DNA of 64,000 nucleotides from a virus (Duplodnaviria; Caudoviricetes), in IMG/VR virus record IMGVR_UViG_3300026766_000001, positions 1-64,000 of that record, one strand, 5' to 3'. Below, piece after piece: positions 27,358 through 36,152 of this stretch (positions are counted from its first letter, which is position 1; each line of letters starts with the position of its first letter). The translations under genes were made by a program, and so were the position numbers. The notes beneath the pieces were generated by a model, which did not search any database, was not told the origin of the DNA, and saw only the letters and a program-made list of their open reading frames with translations.

Positions 27358-27998
27358 GCTCCCTCGGTGAACCACTCGGCCGACAAGCGGGCCCCGTCCT
27401 CAATCCAGTTGGCCATCGCGTCGCCGAAGCGCTGGCCCAGGTAGGGATTCGGGACCTTAAAGCCGTCCTCCATCCGCGGCGACCAGGCTCGAGTCGCGGG
27501 ACTCCAGTCCAGCAGGAATTCGTTGGTGATGACCAACTCGTGGCCATCCGCGTCCTCATTGTAAAGAAGCACCCACAGCCGCGTCTGCGCGTCCGACAGA
27601 GATCCCTCGTCCAGGTCGAGCCCCTCGCCGCCCTTCCAAAGAATGTCGGCGATCGCCGCTTTGCGAGCCCTGAGGTTTTCCTCGCGCTTCGCGGGGTCGA
27701 GGATGGCAGCCTCGGCCTCCTCCATCATGTCCACGATGGCGGCGGTCTCGGAGCCCTTCTTCTTGCGGAAGCCGCGGCGCCCCTCGGCCAGTTCCTGCAG
27801 CCGCTTCTGGCGGCGCTTCTTGACGTCTGGATCGGAGAGGGCAGCTTGGGCCTCCCACTCCTCCCAAGACCGGTGATTCGAGCGAAGCACCTCGACGGAG
27901 AAGGGCTTCTCTCCGTCGTCGATGCCGAATGGGTTGGTGATAATCCGCGTGTCCTGCGCGATGCGCTGGACGTGTCCCCCGAGATGGCCTAGTCGAAT
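27249..27998 (-). CDS. Tail assembly chaperone G (probable ATT start)
   Basis: Lies between tail tube and tape measure; GGAGG-5nt-ATT at 27998; frame open down to 27249. Confidence 0.75.
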   Translation of the reverse strand: MRLGHLGGHVQRIAQDTRIITNPFGIDDGEKPFSVEVLRSNHRSWEEWEAQAALSDPDVKKRRQKRLQELAEGRRGFRKKKGSETAAIVDMMEEAEAAILDPAKREENLRARKAAIADILWKGGEGLDLDEGSLSDAQTRLWVLLYNEDADGHELVITNEFLLDWSPATRAWSPRMEDGFKVPNPYLGQRFGDAMANWIEDGARLSAEWFTEGAENAQSDSAPTPAGSTQTGSVGPETNATPSSATPAS

Positions 27999-28036
27999 AG
28001 GTCCCTCCGTTTCTCTGGTTATTGGCTACCGACCGA

Positions 28037-28477
28037 TCAGACCAAGATCGTGACGGCGCCGGCCTTCGTGATCGTGACTTGCCCCTGGACGATCCAGGTG
28101 ACGTCGATGGTTGGGGTGGTGTTCTTTTCTCCGAAGAGCATGCCCAGGTCGTCGATCTTCACCGCGAAGGTGTACGACGGCTCGTCGTCGGTGACCGCCC
28201 CGCTGGTGTGCTTGAAGACGAAGGTGTCGTTCCCGTCCCCGTTGAAAGCGGTCACCATGGCCGCCTCGAACTCGGTGAAGTTCTTGGATCGAAAGAACGT
28301 CACCTGTGCCTCGTGCTTCGAGGTGCCCTTCTCGGTGGCGTCCCCGAGGTCCTCGTAGGAGGGATCCTCGATCCGCACGCGGGTGAGTTTGAGGGTGAGC
28401 TTGCGTACCCATTTCGAGATGTCGGCAGCGTTCAGGGTGACGACCGGGTTCCGGATCACCCTCTTTTCGTTCGCCAT
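28037..28477 (-). CDS. Major tail tube protein
   Basis: VTLNAADISKWVRKLTL....PSYTF.V.I.....G......VTW.VQG pattern; synteny. Confidence 0.8.
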   Translation of the reverse strand: MANEKRVIRNPVVTLNAADISKWVRKLTLKLTRVRIEDPSYEDLGDATEKGTSKHEAQVTFFRSKNFTEFEAAMVTAFNGDGNDTFVFKHTSGAVTDDEPSYTFAVKIDDLGMLFGEKNTTPTIDVTWIVQGQVTITKAGAVTILV

Positions 28478-28518
28478 GAGGCGTTCTCCTTGCGGGCGGA
28501 GCCCGGTAGTTGCGGTGG

Positions 28519-29328
28519 TTACAGAATGCTCTTGTCGATCAAGTCGATGCCGCTCGCCGTTACGGCCGTTCCCGCCCCTGTGACGGTGATCCTTTCTCGC
28601 CAGAAGAGCTCGCCCGTCAAAGCCGCCACGTCGCCGTCCAACTGCTGCCAGGAACCGCCCGGGCCGAGCAGGGTAACGCTCGCGCCGACGATTGGCGTGG
28701 CCATGGCGGGGTCGCTGTCGTGGAGCAACTCGAAGAGCACGGACGTCCCCGAGAACCCAGGGGGATCCGCGAGTTGCGGAGTCCAGGCGAGGAGTTTGCC
28801 GGCCACGACCGCCCCCATGTTGAGGATCGGCGACAGAAACGGCCCACCGGCGGCGTTGTATGCCGTGGTCCCGAGGTTGGTCCACAGGAGCTTCCCGTAG
28901 TGGACCATGGAGCCGCCCCCGCCAAGGCCCGCCTCGAAGCTGCGCAGGGCTTTCTTCTCGTGCGGCAGGGTGAGCTCGTAGATCTTGGTGCGCATCATGA
29001 CGACTCTGTCGCCAGAGGCCGAGACCGCTACCGGAGAACCGCCGGCCGCGCGCCGCATGTCCCCGTCGCGAAGCGCAAGGAGCGAGAACTGCGTGTCCAG
29101 GTCCTTCAGCTCGGTGAGCAGTTCGGTCTCCGCCGCGCTTCCAACGCCCGAGATGGTGGCCTCGTTGCCGTGGGACCCCTTGACCGTGTCCGCTCCGAGA
29201 TCCTCGAAGGTCTCCGAATCCACGCGGTCCCTCTTCTTGGGGAGTCCGAGATTCCTCGCCGCTATCGAGATCCGGTAGCCGTTCAGGAAGACCGGAATGG
29301 ATCGCAGGACGAATTTTTCATTCGCCAT
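28519..29328 (-). CDS. Tail-tube paralog with C-terminal extension
   Basis: N-terminal ~60 aa aligns with 28037-28477 (MANEK...; ETFEDLG versus PSYEDLG). Confidence 0.7.
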   Translation of the reverse strand: MANEKFVLRSIPVFLNGYRISIAARNLGLPKKRDRVDSETFEDLGADTVKGSHGNEATISGVGSAAETELLTELKDLDTQFSLLALRDGDMRRAAGGSPVAVSASGDRVVMMRTKIYELTLPHEKKALRSFEAGLGGGGSMVHYGKLLWTNLGTTAYNAAGGPFLSPILNMGAVVAGKLLAWTPQLADPPGFSGTSVLFELLHDSDPAMATPIVGASVTLLGPGGSWQQLDGDVAALTGELFWRERITVTGAGTAVTASGIDLIDKSIL

Positions 29329-29578
29329 CGGTCGCCTCCTTCGGCGCGATGGGCCGCGCCCTCGGCGCCGGTAGTTCGGCGGGGATTGCGGTCGCCGCCG
29401 AGGCAGCTGGCGGATGGGTAGCGGGCGGCGCTTTCACGGGCGCGAAATAGCCCTCCCGCTCCAGCCACTCCTCGCGTACCTTGGCGACCCGGACGATTCC
29501 GGCGCCCGTTGCCGCCGGGTCGGAGGTGACGCGAGTGCCGGGTGGGTGCTTGAACCATGGCCTGGTGAGAGTCTTCAT
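29318..29578 (-). CDS. Small hypothetical protein
   Basis: GGAGG RBS; within the structural operon. Confidence 0.55.
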   Translation of the reverse strand: MKTLTRPWFKHPPGTRVTSDPAATGAGIVRVAKVREEWLEREGYFAPVKAPPATHPPAASAATAIPAELPAPRARPIAPKEATDGE

Positions 29579-29580
29579 CG

Positions 29581-30027
29581 TTAACCTCCAGAAAACGGGA
29601 CGGAGAGGAGTTCCCCCATCCAATCGCCCACCTTCCCCATCCTCTGGACGAAGGCGTCCTCCGGAAACGCGGCCACCAGGTCGATGGCGTGGGTCGCTAG
29701 GTGCTGCCTGAGTTGCTTCAAGGCCTCGGAAGCCCGCCCGCGGCGCGCCCCTGTTTGGTACATCAGCTGGTAGCGGATGTACCCACGGAAGGCCGGCGGC
29801 ACCGAGGAGTCGTAAACCGCCTCCACTGCGGTAATCTCGTGCGCGTAAATCGCCCACATGGTCGGCTTCGCAACGTCGTTTCCCGGCCTGATCGCAGAAA
29901 TGGCTTCGGCGCCGTCCTCGAACGAGCCGGCCCACGAGCTAGTAACCGGTGAAGCCGGTGCCCAACCCTCCAGAGTGCTCGAGACCCAGGAGCGCACGTC
30001 GTCCTCCCAACCGTGGCCGTCGCTCAC
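29581..30027 (-). CDS. Tail terminator/completion protein
   Basis: Synteny between neck and tail tube; RGYIRYQL...G.....A pattern. Confidence 0.6.
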   Translation of the reverse strand: MSDGHGWEDDVRSWVSSTLEGWAPASPVTSSWAGSFEDGAEAISAIRPGNDVAKPTMWAIYAHEITAVEAVYDSSVPPAFRGYIRYQLMYQTGARRGRASEALKQLRQHLATHAIDLVAAFPEDAFVQRMGKVGDWMGELLSVPFSGG

Positions 30028-30539
30028 AGTCCAAACCTCGCTTCAACGGCGCGGATGGCGTCCTCTTCGATCTCGGCTGCGCGCGCCAAGATAGCCGCCA
30101 TGGCCGGCCCGTAGATGCCGCTTGGCGCCTGGAGCGAACCGGCGGCCCGGCCGCGCGAGTCGACGTGCCGGCCGAGCTCCAGCACTCCCGCGTAGCTGTC
30201 GTCCGGCCGGCGGGCGTCTGCGGCGGCGTTGGCGATAAAGAGAGGCGTCTCCAGGTTCGACGTCGTGCTTCCGGCGAGGACCGCGTCGATCTCGGCCGCA
30301 CCGGGCACGGGAAAGCTGGTCGCGTTGGGCAAAACCACGAACTCCGGATTGCCCAGCGATCCGCGATGAGACGCCCGATACTTGCCGGACGCCGCTGGCG
30401 AGAGGGCCACGATTTCCAGGAAGGCCGCGCGGAAGGCTCGGTTCTTGAGCTCCAGGGCGAGCTCGGCGAGCACCGCGGGGATGGTTTCCTCGAGGATCGA
30501 GGCCAACTGCTCGGGGGTGACGTCGCGCGTTGCCATCAA
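30024..30539 (-). CDS. HK97 gp10-like neck protein
   Basis: SPAASGKYRASH..S.G.P...LFIAN....YAGVLELG..S.QAPSG.Y. Confidence 0.7.
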   Translation of the reverse strand: MMATRDVTPEQLASILEETIPAVLAELALELKNRAFRAAFLEIVALSPAASGKYRASHRGSLGNPEFVVLPNATSFPVPGAAEIDAVLAGSTTSNLETPLFIANAAADARRPDDSYAGVLELGRHVDSRGRAAGSLQAPSGIYGPAMAAILARAAEIEEDAIRAVEARFGL

Positions 30540-30787
30540 TGCCTCGTCGCCCTCAGGCCGTGCTCCTGAAGGATGCAGCCCATGTAGCAGATCTCGGAGA
30601 CGACGACCTCTCCCAGGATGCTTTCCACGTAGGTGCGGCCTCCGTCCGGTAGACGCTTCACCACGAAAACGACAACACCCTCGACGTCGCCAGCCTGCAG
30701 GTCCTCCTGCAGGAGGGGGATCACGTCCTCGACGTGCGAGCAGTCCTTGCGGACCAAGCCGAGGAGCTTGCCGGTCGGCTCGCTCAA
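30536..30787 (-). CDS. Small hypothetical protein, paralog of the upstream neighbour
   Basis: TTGA coupling; L...LQAGDVEGVVVFVVK.LPDG pattern. Confidence 0.55.
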   Translation of the reverse strand: MSEPTGKLLGLVRKDCSHVEDVIPLLQEDLQAGDVEGVVVFVVKRLPDGGRTYVESILGEVVVSEICYMGCILQEHGLRATRH

Positions 30788-31170
30788 GTGACCTCCGCCA
30801 GCGTCTGGTGCATCATCGCTTCGAGGCAGGACACGCCGCCGATGACGGCCAACCGGTTCTCCGTGCAGCCGTGCGTCCAACCCATCCCGATCTCGCCGCC
30901 TGGCTGAAGCGTGACGAAGCCAACCCCGAGGATGCGCCCCTCGCGGGCCTCGCCGAGCAGCCACTCCAAGCGCTCGACGGTGTCGTTATCGACGGCCGCA
31001 GCCTGGTCTCCCGCGGGGAAGTTGAGAAGGCGCGGACCCGTGGCGGGAGGGGCGTTCAGCTCGCTCATCGCCTGCTCCTCGCCGGCCACCTGCGCACGTT
31101 GCGCCTGCGCCAGCCCATCCAGGCGGTGAGCACCCGGATATAAACCTTTGGCGAGCCCTGTCGTCCTCAT
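30784..31170 (-). CDS. Small hypothetical protein
   Basis: VERLEWLLGEAREGRILGVGFVTL.PGG....GW, a common small phage protein pattern. Confidence 0.55.
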   Translation of the reverse strand: MRTTGLAKGLYPGAHRLDGLAQAQRAQVAGEEQAMSELNAPPATGPRLLNFPAGDQAAAVDNDTVERLEWLLGEAREGRILGVGFVTLQPGGEIGMGWTHGCTENRLAVIGGVSCLEAMMHQTLAEVT

Positions 31171-31760
31171 GGTCGCCCAACCTCCAGGTCCCAGGAGCCG
31201 CCCTCGGTCGCCGCGAAGCCGCTGACCCTGCCGACCGCGCCATCCTTCAGTCGCCGGAACCCCATGTTCTGCCGGGGCGTGGTGGGCGCGTTGCGCTTCG
31301 GAACCGAGACGAGAAGCGTCGTTGCTCCTGCGGCGAAGCGGGCCATCTCGACCTCGGTCGCGTTCTGGCAAAAGCAGTCCTCAAATCTCCGTGTCGGCCC
31401 CTTGACCGCGACCACGTCGTCCTCGGCTACGTCCGCGGCGAGAGCCGGCGCCACGGGAACGGCCGTGATCACGTCGCCAGCCACCGCGACGCCCGACTGG
31501 ACAACGTAATCCGCACCGCCGATCGTGAGCACCGACCCCTTGCCGAGCAGGCCCGACAGCGTCGAGGAGTCCGCCAGGCGCAGAGAGATTGCCGTGGCCC
31601 CGGCGAGCGCTGAAGCCGCCATCACCAGGGACTCCGGGACGCGGCTCGAGGTAACCGCGATCAGTTCCAGCGGCTCGGTAAGCTCGATCGCCTCCGCGCC
31701 CAGCAGCCCGTGCAGCATGGGAACGGCCGCCACCAGCAAGGAGTTCAGGTCGTCGGCCAT
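31167..31760 (-). CDS. Head-closure-like virion protein
   Basis: Synteny after the adaptor; beta-rich. Confidence 0.5.
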   Translation of the reverse strand: MADDLNSLLVAAVPMLHGLLGAEAIELTEPLELIAVTSSRVPESLVMAASALAGATAISLRLADSSTLSGLLGKGSVLTIGGADYVVQSGVAVAGDVITAVPVAPALAADVAEDDVVAVKGPTRRFEDCFCQNATEVEMARFAAGATTLLVSVPKRNAPTTPRQNMGFRRLKDGAVGRVSGFAATEGGSWDLEVGRP

Positions 31761-31763
31761 AGA

Positions 31764-32486
31764 TCAGCTCGTAGGCGCAACGAAGACCGTTGCGAATACC
31801 TCGCAGCGAATGACCCCCGCGCCCGGGGTCCCCGTGGTCGTAATGCGCAACTTAGCCGCGGCTGTCTGCGTCGGGCCGGCCGCGTCGGTGGCCACTCCCC
31901 CCTTCATGTGGTCGAGACCCACTGAGGTCGTCCCCGCCGCCATCGTCGCGTTCGCCGCGGAAAAGCGAGCCGCCGTGGTGCCATCGCCAACAACCCAAGC
32001 CGTGGCCGTCGTGATCGTGGTGGTGACCCGGCAGACCACGGCGTGGACGATGGAGTTTGCCGGCAGGAGATTGGCCGAACTGTCGGTGGTGGCGCCGACG
32101 GTGCTCAAGGTGATCGACTCGGAATTTACGACTTCGGTAGCCGTCGCGCCGTTGGTGCCCACCACCTGGTTGATGGTAACGCACGACGCGGCGCCGGCGC
32201 CGTCGAACTGGATCACCTTGAGGGGCCCGGTGCAGTCGTTGGCGAGAGCCGAGAGACCGGTAGCCGGCAGGGCAGTTCCCCAGGAGAGGGAGTGGCAGAC
32301 CTGCAGCGAGCCGTCCGTCGCACTGATCGCCGCGTAACCCTCAGTCGCCGCCGTGCAGGATCGGGCGCCGATCACGGCCGTGGTCGCCGGCTCGCGCCAA
32401 CTGATCCATCCGAAGCGAGCGCGCTCTTGCGCGAGAACCGGCAAGGCGAATAGCAGCAGGGCCAGCGGCAGCATCTTGATCTTCAT
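31764..32486 (-). CDS. Head decoration/spike-like protein with an N-terminal signal peptide
   Basis: MKIKMLPLALLLFALPVLA-Q leader; C-terminal ITLS...TDS..LLPANSIV.AV..RVTT.IT.AT.W.VGD...ARF jelly-roll-like domain. Confidence 0.6.
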   Translation of the reverse strand: MKIKMLPLALLLFALPVLAQERARFGWISWREPATTAVIGARSCTAATEGYAAISATDGSLQVCHSLSWGTALPATGLSALANDCTGPLKVIQFDGAGAASCVTINQVVGTNGATATEVVNSESITLSTVGATTDSSANLLPANSIVHAVVCRVTTTITTATAWVVGDGTTAARFSAANATMAAGTTSVGLDHMKGGVATDAAGPTQTAAAKLRITTTGTPGAGVIRCEVFATVFVAPTS

Positions 32487-32496
32487 CGTGGTCTCC

Positions 32497-33021
32497 TTAA
32501 AGGGCGGGGATCATCGTCGAGATCAGCCGCCAGGCCTCTGGGTGATTGGTGGATAGAGAGTTCAAGTCCACGCCGGCGCGGAAGGATGCGCTCCCCGACC
32601 TCGAGGATAGCGACTGCAGGGTCGCGTTGGAGCCGCGCAACGGCATGAGCCGGCCGGCGGCGGACGCTTCCGCGAGGAGTCGGATCCCCTGGAGATACTC
32701 CTCGAGCAAATACTCCCCTTCGGGAAGGATCGCGTCGAGAAGCCGTCCGCGGGAGTCGTAGACCCCTTCGGCCGGAAAGATCAAGTGCTGTCCTAGCTGC
32801 CGTGGCCAGCACCGGACGTGGGGCCGGATCGCGTTCTCGGCCTCCTCGGTGGCGAGGAGCAGGGCCCGGTCGCGCTTAGGGTCTCCCGTCTCGTTGGTGA
32901 GGTTGGCGAAGCTGGTGAGCCCCCGCCGAACCAGCCACGCCGCGGCGTCGTCGACGTCCTCGTAGACCAGGGCCGTCGCCAGCCCCATCCCGTCCTCGAT
33001 TTCCTCTTCGGCAAAGGCCAT
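32497..33021 (-). CDS. Head-tail adaptor (DnaT-like SSB-annotated family)
   Basis: EDG.G...A..Y..V.DA..W...RG......K..ALL.AT.....Q.L.FP. Confidence 0.75.
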   Translation of the reverse strand: MAFAEEEIEDGMGLATALVYEDVDDAAAWLVRRGLTSFANLTNETGDPKRDRALLLATEEAENAIRPHVRCWPRQLGQHLIFPAEGVYDSRGRLLDAILPEGEYLLEEYLQGIRLLAEASAAGRLMPLRGSNATLQSLSSRSGSASFRAGVDLNSLSTNHPEAWRLISTMIPAL

Positions 33022-33023
33022 GC

Positions 33024-33968
33024 TCACCCCGCGGACTCCGTCTTGGTGGCAACCGGCAGCTCCTCGCCAGCACTCGTCTCCGGCTCGGCAACGGGTAGAG
33101 GTGGCGGCTCGGCGACCGCCTCGAGGGCCTCAAGCTCTTTCTCGGAGAGGCGCTTCCCGTCGAGCGCCGCCGCGAGAGCCGAACCCTTGGCGAGCTCGTC
33201 GTGAGTGACCTGCGCGGCCAGGATGCGCCGCAGGAGGACCCGCACCTTGGAGAGGGCGGGAGGGCGGATGGTCGCCAGCTTGGGCAGTGAGTCCGTGAGC
33301 GAGGAGTAGACCGCTACCGCATCCGAGATGACGGGCAGGCCGGCGATGATGGCCCACAGTCCGCTCTCGGCGCCGTTCGTCACCACCAACCAGGCCCGCG
33401 AGAGGACCTCGGCGAGCGGTTCATCGCCCGGCCAGCTCGTCTCGTCGTAGCCGCTCGCTGGCACCACTTCACCGGGGTCCGGCCGCCAGGTGATCCGGCT
33501 GTCGGACATCGCCCGAAGCTTCGCGACGGTCTCCTGGGCCCAGATGGCCACGGCGGAGGCTGTGCTGCCGCTCCCGGCCGCGCGGCCCAGGACTACGATC
33601 GACTGCGCCTTCACTCGCCGGCGCTCGGCGAGCTCGAGGTCCAGCGCCTCGAGCCGTTCGGGCGCCCCGAGATCGTCCGGAAGCCAGTCGATCGCGCCGG
33701 ATCCGACGAAAACGCGGTGCGCTTCCGGCAGGTAGGGGGACCGCACGACGGCCACCGGCTTCTTGGCCGCGAGGTAGCTCGCCGCGATTTCGTCGTAGAC
33801 GCCGTCGGTGCCGAGCACTACGGCGCCGGCGAGATCGGTGCGGGCGAGCAGGGGGCGCCAGACCCCTGCCAGTTGGAAGGCGCCCTGGTGACCGAGGGCA
33901 CCGAGCCCGGCCGCGACCGCGTCCACCAGCGGTCCGGACTCCTGCGCGAAGATGCCGAAGGTCTTCAA
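33024..33968 (-). CDS. GT-B-fold glycosyltransferase-like protein
   Basis: IVVLG...W....V..LR......I.WRPDP; PLAEVL..AWLVVTNG.ESG.WA..AGLPVI, KpsC/KpsS-like C-terminal Rossmann pattern. Confidence 0.65.
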   Translation of the reverse strand: MKTFGIFAQESGPLVDAVAAGLGALGHQGAFQLAGVWRPLLARTDLAGAVVLGTDGVYDEIAASYLAAKKPVAVVRSPYLPEAHRVFVGSGAIDWLPDDLGAPERLEALDLELAERRRVKAQSIVVLGRAAGSGSTASAVAIWAQETVAKLRAMSDSRITWRPDPGEVVPASGYDETSWPGDEPLAEVLSRAWLVVTNGAESGLWAIIAGLPVISDAVAVYSSLTDSLPKLATIRPPALSKVRVLLRRILAAQVTHDELAKGSALAAALDGKRLSEKELEALEAVAEPPPLPVAEPETSAGEELPVATKTESAG

Positions 33969-33978
33969 GGTCGTCTCC

Positions 33979-34968
33979 CTACTGGCTGAGGATGAAGATC
34001 CCGGGTCCGAGCTTGTGGGACGAGACGACCAGGTCCCACTTCGTCGCGTCGGCGAGCGTGCTGTCGTCCGGGTTGTCCGCCGAGCCGGCTTTCCAAGACA
34101 TGCCGCGCACCTTGAGCGTGAACGACCACTCGATCTGGAGGCGAACCAAGAGGTTTTCTGGAGCGGCGGTGGCGTCGCCGGTGACGATCGCGAGGTTTCG
34201 GCGTTCGCTGTTGCCCTCCTCGATCTCGACGGCGCCGCGAACCAGGGCGAGACTGTTGTACTTGTTGGGACTCCCCGCCACCAAGAGGGGAGCGATGTCG
34301 GTGACCACCGGGATCCGCCCGCTGGTCCCCGTGGTGCCCTGAAAGATGGCCAGCGCGCCGGCGGCGAACTCGCGGTTGACGATCGCGTCGCCGATCAGGT
34401 CGTGCCAAGGCTTCGAGTGCATGAAGAGCGTGACAATCTCCTGCGCCCGGTCCCCGTGCTTGGCGAAGCCGTTGTTGAGATCGGGGAAGTTGAGCGTGGG
34501 CGTCGACGCGGCCGAGATGTCGAGCTTGGCGGTCGCACCGATCGCTCCCAGGCTGCCCAGAACGGCGGAGAGCGCGGTCGTCATCATGTTCTCGGCCTTG
34601 TGGGCGCCGAACTGCAGGCCGGCCTGCCGTTGGCCCATCTCGCTCGGCAGTCCGAGGTCCTCCCAATCCTGGAGGGTCCAGTCCTGGATGAAGGTACGGA
34701 AGATCTTGATCTCCCCGCGGCCGATGTTGGTGAAGCGAGTGGGCGTCAGGTTCCCCGTGCTGCTGGGGTTGCGGCGTTGCACCTGGCCGCTGGTGTTGGT
34801 GAAGAAGTTGGTGGTCCGGCGCCGCCCGGCGAAGCCGCCGCCGGGGGTGATCTGGATGGCGCCACCGCCGGAAGCGTCGAAGCCGGTGATGATGTCCGCG
34901 AGCCCTTCGTACTCCGCCGTTGAGAATACCGGCTCGAAGAAGGTCAGTCCCGAGCTACTGGTCCCCAT
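33979..34968 (-). CDS. Major capsid protein
   Basis: 329 aa after the scaffold; LFMHSKPWHDL, GRIPVVTD, LALVRGAVEI HK97-fold motifs. Confidence 0.85.
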   Translation of the reverse strand: MGTSSSGLTFFEPVFSTAEYEGLADIITGFDASGGGAIQITPGGGFAGRRRTTNFFTNTSGQVQRRNPSSTGNLTPTRFTNIGRGEIKIFRTFIQDWTLQDWEDLGLPSEMGQRQAGLQFGAHKAENMMTTALSAVLGSLGAIGATAKLDISAASTPTLNFPDLNNGFAKHGDRAQEIVTLFMHSKPWHDLIGDAIVNREFAAGALAIFQGTTGTSGRIPVVTDIAPLLVAGSPNKYNSLALVRGAVEIEEGNSERRNLAIVTGDATAAPENLLVRLQIEWSFTLKVRGMSWKAGSADNPDDSTLADATKWDLVVSSHKLGPGIFILSQ

Positions 34969-35024
34969 GGTCTTGCTCTCCTGTCAAAGGCCCCCGGGCC
35001 ATGCGGACCAGTCGAGGGCTAGGG

Positions 35025-35915
35025 TTAGGCCGCCGCCTCCTTGCTCTTGCTGAAGCGGGCGGCGTTGTGAGCGTCGACGGCCTTCTTGTAGCCGTCCGGA
35101 TCCTTGGCGGAGAAGGCGAGCTTCTCGTCTTCGGTCATCGACTTGAAGGGCTTGTTCGGTCCGCCGGCGACGTCGTTGGTCTCGGTGCCGGAGCCTTTGC
35201 CCTTGCTGACGAAGCAATACTGGAGGTGGCCGAACGGCCCCTTGCCGGCGCGGGTCTGCTCCAGGAACTCCCGCGGAGTCATCAACCCGTCGGGCCCACT
35301 GCCCGGCATATAGGCGCCGTTGCTCTTGAACCTCGCGACCGGGAAAGGTAGCCCGTCAACTTGCTTGCGCTCGATGATCCCGGAGACTTCGCCGATCAAA
35401 TGGTTCCAGGCGCCATCGTGGACGAACTTGAAGTCCTCCGGCATCGCTCCGAGCACCAACTCCTTGGCGGCGAAGGAGAGCATGACCTCGCGATCCAGGT
35501 CCTTGACCTTGGTCTCCAGCTCGGTGATCTTGGTCTTGTCGGCCTTGGTGACCTCGGCGAGCTCGGCTTGCTTCGCCTCGAACTTGAGCTGCGCCCGGCG
35601 ATCTACTTCCTCCGAGAATTTCTTGGGGTCGGCTCCAAGACCCTGGGCCGCCAGCTCGGCATCGCGCTCCTCAGCTTCCTTCACCTTCTGCAAGACGCCC
35701 TGGAGGCCACCGAGCGGCTTGAGCGACTCCTCCAGCTTCTTCTTTTCCTGGAGGATCTCGTCGCGGTTTGCGAGGATGCTCTTCTTTTCGTCGTCCAGTG
35801 GTTTGGTCGCAGCCGCTACTGCGGCCGCCACTGCCTGCTGGATCGCCGCCTTGACGGCAGGATCGTCAAGGTTGGGTCCGCCACCGGCGGCCTCCTTCTT
35901 CTCCTCGTTCTCCAT
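35025..35915 (-). CDS. Capsid scaffolding protein
   Basis: Charged coiled coil ending ..MT.DEKLAF..K.PDGY..; directly upstream of the capsid gene. Confidence 0.8.
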   Translation of the reverse strand: MENEEKKEAAGGGPNLDDPAVKAAIQQAVAAAVAAATKPLDDEKKSILANRDEILQEKKKLEESLKPLGGLQGVLQKVKEAEERDAELAAQGLGADPKKFSEEVDRRAQLKFEAKQAELAEVTKADKTKITELETKVKDLDREVMLSFAAKELVLGAMPEDFKFVHDGAWNHLIGEVSGIIERKQVDGLPFPVARFKSNGAYMPGSGPDGLMTPREFLEQTRAGKGPFGHLQYCFVSKGKGSGTETNDVAGGPNKPFKSMTEDEKLAFSAKDPDGYKKAVDAHNAARFSKSKEAAA

Positions 35916-36152
35916 TCTCAGCTCCCTTGGCCGGGACTCCCGGCTCATGCTGCGTCCTGGGTGGGGCCTGTAGCCGTCCGGTACGGCCGGCGGCTCAGCC
36001 CCTTCAGATTCCGCCCCCAAGGCAGACCGTTGGCCACCTGCCGGGCGGTGATTCAGGAATCAGGATAGAGGAAGTCCATTGCGCGACTTCGAGTTTTTGT
36101 CCGCCAAAAGCGCCGCCGCCCCCCTTGCGCCGCAAACAAGGAGTGCTGTAGG

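Noticed and set aside
36071-36090. gaagtc/gacttc inverted repeat as a late-activator site upstream of the scaffold
   Set aside because: Only a 6-bp stem and not seen repeated before other late segments
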